The notes under the pieces were generated by a model. That model was not told the DNA's origin. It did not search any database and worked only from the letters and a program-made list of their open reading frames with translations. A program made the translations under genes and the position numbers. From contig JBGAIQ010000008.1 in assembly GCA_044225365.1 (NCBI GenBank), forward strand, positions 1 to 64,000: a stretch of DNA of 64,000 bases, read 5' to 3'. The stretch is from Planctomycetota bacterium. Lineage in GTDB: Bacteria; Planctomycetota; B15-G4; JADJEK01. The stretch's first letter is position 1. Each line of letters begins with the position of its first letter. This document shows, one piece after another, positions 20,738 to 27,087 of the stretch.

Positions 20738-22100
20738 CTTCAACCCTCGCGCCGTCTCGCATAGGGCCGCGCGCACCGGCTTTTCCAGAGAGGTTTACGA
20801 GGTTCGCGCGATTCGCGCTCGAGCCGGTTTCCGCGACGACACTTCGCGCCGTCTCGCACCCGTCGGAACCGGCTCGCACCCCCTCGCGCCCTTCGGACTG
20901 TTGTCGCCACTGTTGCTGCACCCCGTCGGTGCCCGTCGCGGTCGCGGCCTCGCTGCTCGCGCGCGGCTTCGCCGTTGGCTTCGTAAGCCATGCGCGCGAG
21001 TCGATCGCGGTCGCAACGGCGGAATCCTCGATCGAGACGTAATGCCGCAGCGTCGTCGTCGAGCTTGCGTGACGTAGCGCCCGCTGCGCGACGGCCGGCG
21101 TCGATCGGGAGCAGAGTTCGGTCGCCGCGGTCATTCGAAGCGCGTGCAGGTCCACCACGCGTCCCTGCGCGTCTTCCTTCGGGATCTTCGCCCGCTGCAG
21201 GTCGCGATTGAAGGTCTTCGCGCCCGGCATCGTGGCGAACACCCGCACCATCGGCAACACGGCGCCCGCTACGAGCGCCCGGAACGCCCGTAGCGCCTCG
21301 ACGGCTTCCGGATGAAGGTGAATCGTCGCTTCCTTCCGGCTCTTCGCTACGGCCGCGCGAACGCGCAACGTCGCGGCATCCAGGTCGACGTCGCCCCAAG
21401 TGAGCGCGCGGAGTTCGCTGCGACGAAGCGCCGTGTGCACCGCCAGCAGGTAGACCACGCCCCGTTGTGACCATCGCGGCGCGCCCTTGTTCTGCCGGGT
21501 CGTTGCGACCGCGAGCAACGCGCGGAGTTCATCCTCGGTGAACGGCCGGCGAACGAGACGGCGGTCGGCCGCTTCGTTCCGCTTCTCGATCCGCGAAACC
21601 GGGTTCTTCTCGAGCCGGTCGCGAGCGATCAGGAACTCCGCGAGGGCGTGGTACGTCTGGCGGTAGCTGTTCTGCGTTCGCGCGGCGTCGCGCGCAGCAA
21701 TGACTCGCTCGACGGCTTCCAGGGTAAACGTGGAGAGCGGCGCGCCCTTCGGGAGCGCGTTGCGGAGAACGCGTAGGTGCAGCCGCTTCAACTCGACGTT
21801 GCGCGGCGCGAGCATCGAACGGCACCACCGGAGGTAGTCGGCGAGATGCCGCACGAGCGGTAGCGTCGCCGCTCTCGTCGCCGATGCGCCGTTCGGGTTC
21901 GTCGCGATCTCGCGGCGGATCGCGCGGACTTCTTTCGTCCACTTGTCGAGTAGGTCGCGCGCGGCTTCCTTGCTCGTCGTCTCCGTCGACCGGAACACGC
22001 GCCGACGCGACTCGTCGAAGTAGACCGCGTGCCACGGTCCGTCAGACTTGCGGCGGATCAGGGAGCCGCGGCCGTTCGCTCGTTGCTTGCGTCGCATCAT
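20667..22100 (-). CDS. int: Tyrosine recombinase/integrase; reading frame runs through the att core and stops inside the tRNA
   Basis: HTALRRSEL (R), KSRK (K), LHALR (HxxR), ALRHASSTTTLRHY (H...Y); ATG at 22100 overlaps the upstream stop (ATGA). Confidence 0.95.
   Translation of the reverse strand: MMRRKQRANGRGSLIRRKSDGPWHAVYFDESRRRVFRSTETTSKEAARDLLDKWTKEVRAIRREIATNPNGASATRAATLPLVRHLADYLRWCRSMLAPRNVELKRLHLRVLRNALPKGAPLSTFTLEAVERVIAARDAARTQNSYRQTYHALAEFLIARDRLEKNPVSRIEKRNEAADRRLVRRPFTEDELRALLAVATTRQNKGAPRWSQRGVVYLLAVHTALRRSELRALTWGDVDLDAATLRVRAAVAKSRKEATIHLHPEAVEALRAFRALVAGAVLPMVRVFATMPGAKTFNRDLQRAKIPKEDAQGRVVDLHALRMTAATELCSRSTPAVAQRALRHASSTTTLRHYVSIEDSAVATAIDSRAWLTKPTAKPRASSEAATATGTDGVQQQWRQQSEGREGVRAGSDGCETARSVVAETGSSANRANLVNLSGKAGARGPMRDGARVEVVGVEGLEPSTPSLSSWCSSQLS
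20690..20744 (+). repeat. att core, left copy (within the intact tRNA)
   Basis: AGCTCGACAAGCTGGGGGTCGAAGGTTCAAGTCCTTCAACGCCCACCACTTCAAC, identical to 26835..26889. Confidence 0.95.
20897..20918 (+). repeat. Putative integrase arm-type site pair, left arm
   Basis: ACTGTTGTCgccaCTGTTGCTG, matching ACTGTTGTCaaagCTGTTGCTG at 26752..26773. Confidence 0.7.
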
Positions 22101-22342
22101 TTCACCGCCCTCCCCTTCGCCGTTGTTCGCTTGACCTTCGTTGCCGCTCGCGTCGCTTTCGACTCGACGACGAGCCGGAGACCGAGCACGGGAGCGAGCG
22201 CGTCCAATGTGCGCGTCGTCACGTCCGCGCCGGCCATGCACTTCGACAGTGTGCCCTCAGTCACGCCTGATAGTTTCGCTAGCTCGTACCGCGAGAGTCC
22301 GCTCGAGTCGATGATGCGCCGGAGTTCCTTCGCGATCGTCAT
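22097..22342 (-). CDS. Xre/Cro-family HTH protein
   Basis: LRRIIDSSGLSRYELAKLSGVTEGTLSKCMAG..VTTRTLDALAPVLGL; translationally coupled to int. Confidence 0.85.
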   Translation of the reverse strand: MTIAKELRRIIDSSGLSRYELAKLSGVTEGTLSKCMAGADVTTRTLDALAPVLGLRLVVESKATRAATKVKRTTAKGRAVK

Positions 22343-22383
22343 GCGCAAAGAGTACCGCGATGCTTGCGAGAAAGAAAGCTCTA

Positions 22384-23466
22384 TCACGTCTTCCGTCCCT
22401 TCTTGCCTTCGACCGCGCGTTCGATCACCTTCATCCGCCGTTGGTATGTCGCATTGACGAAATCCGCCGACGTTCCGGGGGTGCCGAGCATTTCGTCGCA
22501 TCCCTCCAAGTTTGCGAGATCGACATCACGAAGTAGGCCGACGATTCGCTTCGCGCGCACGGCGTCGGCTCTCGCGATCCAATCCAAGCCTTGATCGCGG
22601 TCGAGATCGACAATGCCGAATCCTTCAGGTTCGTCGCGCCATCGGTGGAGTGCGGTCGCCAGGTATGCGGCCGGGTTTTCACCTTTGCGGCTTGAACGCT
22701 CTACCATCGCTGCGAGTTCAAACAAGGCAAGGTCGCCCCATTCGACGAGACCCGCAGCGGCGGCGCGCGCGTGAAGGCGTTCGAGCCCGCCGAAGGTCTC
22801 CAAGTCCGAGGGGTCGACGTGCATCCAACCTCTCGGCGTAGATCCGGGGGACGTCCACGCGCCGGGGTCCCCCGAAGGGGGCGGCGCGTCAGCATCTTCA
22901 TTCGTCGCCGTTCCCATATCAGTCGCCGTACCCATTCCCATATCCGTGCTTCGATCGGCGTCCTGTCCACTTCCCTCGCGGCCATCGGGTAATCGAAGCA
23001 ATTGCTTCGTCTCGTTGGGGTCTCGAGCGTCCTTGAGGGCCCGCCTCTTTGCCCCGGAATTCGTACCGCCGATTCGCCCGATCGCGGATCGAACCGCTGC
23101 TTTCCGCCCTTGCTGACCCCGCGTCTGATTCAGGCGGAGGTAGTCGACGAGTCGCCACCCTTCGCCGTGCCGAACGAGCACTCCTGCATCTTCGAATTTC
23201 TCGATTCCGCCGCGGTCAATGAAGTGCATTGCGGCGTCGTCCTTCGAAAGCAAGCCGTTCGTCGCTTTGTCGTTCGCGAACGCCCACGCGTCTTGCAGTG
23301 CTTCCCGGTCGAGCGGATCCGGTAGTGCGATCTTCAACGCTTCGCGATCTTCACGACTGCGATACCAAGCGAACCACGCGTTCAGACGGTTGAGCGCCTC
23401 TTCGCGTTGGTCGTTGTCGAGATCGGGGTCGCTCTTTGGGTCGTATCGCTGCTTTGGGTCCGTCAT
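22384..23466 (-). CDS. Phage-type replication initiator / replisome organizer-like protein
   Basis: GWRLVDYLRLNQT...RSAIGRIGGTNSGAKRR followed by a low-complexity DMGMGTATDMGTAT linker and C-terminal NPAAYLATAL, the layout typical of phage O/RepA-like initiators; position next to xis. Confidence 0.65.
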   Translation of the reverse strand: MTDPKQRYDPKSDPDLDNDQREEALNRLNAWFAWYRSREDREALKIALPDPLDREALQDAWAFANDKATNGLLSKDDAAMHFIDRGGIEKFEDAGVLVRHGEGWRLVDYLRLNQTRGQQGRKAAVRSAIGRIGGTNSGAKRRALKDARDPNETKQLLRLPDGREGSGQDADRSTDMGMGTATDMGTATNEDADAPPPSGDPGAWTSPGSTPRGWMHVDPSDLETFGGLERLHARAAAAGLVEWGDLALFELAAMVERSSRKGENPAAYLATALHRWRDEPEGFGIVDLDRDQGLDWIARADAVRAKRIVGLLRDVDLANLEGCDEMLGTPGTSADFVNATYQRRMKVIERAVEGKKGRKT

Positions 23467-23702
23467 GGCCCGCCCCTTTTCGCGGCTTCGACGAACACGG
23501 CCAGGTCGGCCAGGTCGTATCGGACCGCGCGTCCAAGCTGCACGCGGGGGAGCTTGCCACTCGCCGTAAGAGCGAAGAGCAACCGCTCGGAGATCGCGAG
23601 CAGCTCGGCGGCTCGCTTCACGCTCACGAGCTGCGGCGTCGCGGGTGGCGTGCTATCGACGGCATCGCTTTGACTCTCGGGGTCAGCTCGATGTTGCGTC
23701 AT
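23463..23702 (-). CDS. Excisionase/AlpA-like HTH_17 protein
   Basis: LVSVKRAAELLAISERLLFALTASGKLPRVQLGRAVRYDLADLAVFVE. Confidence 0.85.
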   Translation of the reverse strand: MTQHRADPESQSDAVDSTPPATPQLVSVKRAAELLAISERLLFALTASGKLPRVQLGRAVRYDLADLAVFVEAAKRGGP

Positions 23703-23971
23703 CGCTCGGCCCCGCTCTCGTCGTCGCGATCGTCGATCGAGTCGTCGCCGCTTTGATCGTCGGTGCCATCATCCGGATCGAGCGGACCGCCGTCGCGTGC
23801 GTTGCCGAACGATTCGGCCTGTACGAACGCGACCGCTATTCCGCGGCGCGCGAGCTCGGCGAGGGCGGTTCTCGCAAGTTTGAAGTCTCGGGTTCGCACG
23901 GCACGTCGAAGTGCGGCGAACCATGCGGCCGGCGCGTCGCCGGAAAAGGCGCTCGTCTTTCGGGGTTTCAT
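23699..23971 (-). CDS. Small hypothetical element protein with acidic tail
   Basis: AWFAALRRAVRTRDFKLARTALAELARRGIAV; ATGA overlap with the xis-like gene. Confidence 0.7.
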   Translation of the reverse strand: MKPRKTSAFSGDAPAAWFAALRRAVRTRDFKLARTALAELARRGIAVAFVQAESFGNARDGGPLDPDDGTDDQSGDDSIDDRDDESGAER

Positions 23972-24021
23972 ACGGGGGATCTCCAATGCCCGAAATTGGG
24001 CTTCGAAGAATCACCCCCGTC

Positions 24022-24093
24022 TGTCGCGTGTCGCCCTCACTAAGTCGCAGCGGCCTAGGGGCGCAATCGTCAATCGGTGTCGCCGGGCGACAC
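24022..24093. promoter_or_regulatory. Operator-like GTGTCGCC repeats and palindrome upstream of the xis-rep operon
   Basis: GTGTCGCC-G-GGCGACAC perfect inverted repeat at 24077..24093; extra GTGTCGCC at 24028..24035 and TGTCGC at 24022..24027. Confidence 0.6.
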
Positions 24094-24104
24094 TCGGTTG
24101 TCAC

Positions 24105-24809
24105 TCACCCGGCTTCCGCTTCGAGCCTGCCCTTCGTCACATACCCTCTCGTTATCGAGCCGCGATCGCCATCCCTCGCGATCTCAAGCGCCAACTTGAA
24201 TCGCGGGTTCTTGTAGAGGGCTTGCCGACTCAGTCCGACAAGCCTCGCGATTCGTTTCACGTTCCTTTCGCCGCTCGCGAGATACCCTAGCGCACGTTCG
24301 AAGGGGGAGAGCTCGGCCGCATCGATGGTCGTTTGACGAGTCGATTTGCTTTTGTCGGTTCGCCCGACGGTCGCCGCATCGATGGATCGGGATGCCTGGA
24401 GTTCGCGAGCCTCCAGGGTCAGCCGTGTCCCCAGTTGGCTCAAAGCGAGCTCTACCGCCAACGCGTTTTCAAGGGATCGATCGCGTTGGAAACGATGCAC
24501 CGGCTTGTCGTCGAGATTTCGACTCGCCAGAGCCAGCGCGATCGATTCGCAATGGTCGAAGCACAGCAATGAGATGAAAGTCTGCATGTCGACACGATCG
24601 ACCGGCGCCTTCTCCCAGTTCCCTTCCTCGAGCTTGAGTTCGGGCTTCATCTCCGATCCATACCAGCCCGCGATTTCGCGAGCGATGCGAGGCGTGACCA
24701 GTACGTCACTCGGCGAGACTCCCGGCCTTCGTGGCGCGTAAAGTCGGCGCACGCACGCTGCAGCCTTCCCGAGCCCTTCTATCGCCGAGACCAATTCGCT
24801 TTTCGTCAT
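24105..24809 (-). CDS. Hypothetical protein with C-terminal helix-turn-helix (putative element regulator)
   Basis: ERALGYLASGERNVKRIARLVGLSRQALYKNPRF is HTH-like. Confidence 0.7.
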   Translation of the reverse strand: MTKSELVSAIEGLGKAAACVRRLYAPRRPGVSPSDVLVTPRIAREIAGWYGSEMKPELKLEEGNWEKAPVDRVDMQTFISLLCFDHCESIALALASRNLDDKPVHRFQRDRSLENALAVELALSQLGTRLTLEARELQASRSIDAATVGRTDKSKSTRQTTIDAAELSPFERALGYLASGERNVKRIARLVGLSRQALYKNPRFKLALEIARDGDRGSITRGYVTKGRLEAEAG

Positions 24810-24985
24810 GCTTCCTCGCAAGTCGAGGACGGCCGCGCCGCGCTCGTGAGGAAGTCTCGAGCACGTGCGCGGCCTTTTCCGGCGTCTGCAGCGCCGGCTC
24901 GACGGTCGGATATCCTAACGAGGTGGGAATGACGTGCATCCGCACGTCTCGCACTCCTGCCGACTCACCGCTCGAAGGAGAGATC

Positions 24986-25435
24986 ATGCACTCGTTCACG
25001 AAGTTCGCGTTGCCGTTCGCCGTTCTCGTCGCCGCGATCGCGTTCGTCGTTGGCTCCGATGCCTCGGCGCGGAAGGGCGCCGGAGGAAGCGGCCAGGTCC
25101 TGTTTCCGCACCCGGAGGACATCGTCGCGATCAACGGGAACATCGACGGCGCCACTGCGGGAACGCCTTACAAGCTCTACACCGTGCCCTCGAATAGATG
25201 GCTCGTTGTCACCCGCGCTCAGTTCCTGCAGGCCAACAGCGATTTGAGCGACCAGAGCTTGCGATCGGTGAAGGGCGGAATCGAGACAACAGTCGCGAAT
25301 GATGCGGCGTTCGGAGCGATCGAGCCCGTCATCGGTTTGCCATTCGAGCCCGGTTCCGACGTCGTGCTTCGATACGGTTCGGGGAGCGCCGGCTCGCTGA
25401 AGTATCACCTTCGCGGCTACCTCGCGAAACCGTAG
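24986..25435 (+). CDS. Small secreted beta-rich cargo protein (paralog 1)
   Basis: GAAGGAG RBS; MHSFTKFALPFAVLVAAIAFVVGSDASA signal peptide; motifs shared with the next gene. Confidence 0.8.
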   Translation: MHSFTKFALPFAVLVAAIAFVVGSDASARKGAGGSGQVLFPHPEDIVAINGNIDGATAGTPYKLYTVPSNRWLVVTRAQFLQANSDLSDQSLRSVKGGIETTVANDAAFGAIEPVIGLPFEPGSDVVLRYGSGSAGSLKYHLRGYLAKP

Positions 25436-25541
25436 CGGGCCACGACTCGGGTTCATCGATTGTCGAGCTCGCCTCCGCGGGTCGGCCCGGTTCGCATCAA
25501 GCGCAACGTCGTGTACGATCGAGCGACAGAAGGAGATCAAC

Positions 25542-26075
25542 ATGACGCGATCGAATTGGACTCGCGCGATCCCATTGCTCGGGATCGCGGTCGCCCTCGC
25601 TCTCTACTTCGGCGCCGACCACGCCAGCGCGCGCGCAACGCCGAAGCCCCCGAAATGGCAGTGGCCGCCGCGGGCTACGGACATCGTGAATCTAAGCGGC
25701 ATCCAGGATCTCACGACGAGCCCGACCCCGCCAATCTTCCAAGTCCCCGCTGGCCGATGGTTCGTCATCACGAGCGCGGTGATTTACCAACACGTCGTGA
25801 CCGGCACGCCGCAGACCTACTACCAAGGCGTGATGGAGCTCGGGAACAATTCGAGCGTGGAGGTCGTCGAGCTGCTGGGCGGCAACGTGCACTCGGTGAT
25901 TCCGAGAGCCTTGCTCGGTGCATCCCCGAACACTCCGTTCTCGCCATTCGATGCCGGCTTCCAGCATGAAGTCGGCTTCGCGTTCCATCCGGGATCGAGC
26001 GTTGCGTTCACGAGTGCGTTCGCTCCGGCATCCGGGTTCCGATACGCGATCAGCGGCTACCTCTCGCCAGAGTGA
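25542..26075 (+). CDS. Small secreted beta-rich cargo protein (paralog 2)
   Basis: GAAGGAG RBS; signal peptide ending in ASA; DIV.L.G, VP.GRW.V.T, G..F.PGS.V, Y...GYL motifs. Confidence 0.8.
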   Translation: MTRSNWTRAIPLLGIAVALALYFGADHASARATPKPPKWQWPPRATDIVNLSGIQDLTTSPTPPIFQVPAGRWFVITSAVIYQHVVTGTPQTYYQGVMELGNNSSVEVVELLGGNVHSVIPRALLGASPNTPFSPFDAGFQHEVGFAFHPGSSVAFTSAFAPASGFRYAISGYLSPE

Positions 26076-26751
26076 GGGCGTTCGGGGGTCCGTGGGGTCG
26101 ATCCGACTCACGATGCAGCGTTACGTCCGCGAGGCGGTTTCTCGAGCCTGCTGCGGTTCGCTTGAGGGGTCGCCACGTCGCGCGAATCGTCTCGAGGGAG
26201 TTCGGAGCGATTCCGGGTGCAGCGTCCAGGATCGGCATCACGTCGTCGGCGCCCCACTAAGACGCTTTGGGAAGCCTGCACGCTTCGCTGGACATCATCG
26301 AAGCCCCTCGGCCGATTCGCAGTGCAGCGTGACAACATGCGGCGCCCGAGGCTCTCTGCGCCGAAGTCGATTCTGCGTGCGAGAACGCCAACCGAAAGCC
26401 GAAAAGTGCGTCCAGCGCGCGCGCACGCGATCTCGGCCCATTCACCGTGCGGCGTACCCCCCCCCGAACGGTCTGCCGGCGTCGGCGACCGCTACCCGAT
26501 TTCCGCCCCTCCGAAATGCGCCCCGCGCGTCGATTCGACTGGCAAAGACCCGCTCGGAGTCGCGCGATCTCGCGTTGGACTCCCGCCGCAGCATACGCGG
26601 CCTAGCGTCGCGGTTGCGCAGCGTCGGCCGGGCGGGCGTCCGCGAGCGCCTCGAGATGCTCGACGGCTTCGGTGAGGTCGCGCGGCGCGAGTTTCGCGGC
26701 GGCGTTCGCGAGTCGCGCGAGCAGCGACGATCGGCTCGATTCGCCCGCGCT

Positions 26752-26773
26752 ACTGTTGTCAAAGCTGTTGCTG
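26752..26773 (+). repeat. Putative integrase arm-type site pair, right arm
   Basis: ACTGTTGTCaaagCTGTTGCTG, same orientation as the left-arm copy. Confidence 0.7.
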
Positions 26774-26834
26774 GCGCCTCTCTCCGTTGCGCTCGGGTCG
26801 TTTGCCCGCCCGGGTTTACGGTCGGACGCCCCCA

Positions 26835-26889
26835 AGCTCGACAAGCTGGGGGTCGAAGGTTCAAGTCCTTCAACGCCCACCACTTCAAC
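26835..26889 (+). repeat. att core, right copy (3' fragment of tRNA-Val)
   Basis: 55/55 identity with 20690..20744; lacks the 5' half of the tRNA. Confidence 0.95.
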
Positions 26890-27087
26890 TCTCGCGGCGA
26901 GTCTCAAGGGACCGCAGCCACCCAAAATCTCCTTCAATCCGAACGCGAGTTTCGAACGACTCGTGCTGCAACCCGCCCACAAGCGCTTTGCGGTGCGTTC
27001 GCGAGGCGTCGAAAATACTCCTTTGCGCAGAATTGGCGACGGCGGCTTTCCGACATGGGAGGCGGGAGTTTCCCGTCGGAGCCAAGA

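Larger units (their letters stand above)
20690..26889. mobile_element. 6.1-kb integrative element (satellite-like, no capsid genes) inserted in tRNA-Val
   Basis: 55-bp perfect direct repeats at both ends containing the 3' half of the tRNA; integrase, HTHs, rep-like and xis-like genes inside. Confidence 0.93.

Noticed and set aside
26835-26889. Second tRNA-Val gene
   Set aside because: Only the 3' half is present (no acceptor 5' strand or D-arm); it is the att duplication
25918-27087. 390-codon N-terminal extension of the FG-GAP ORF across the right att site
   Set aside because: Low-complexity Arg/Ser/Ala translation that crosses the tRNA fragment; a clear signal peptide starts at 27088
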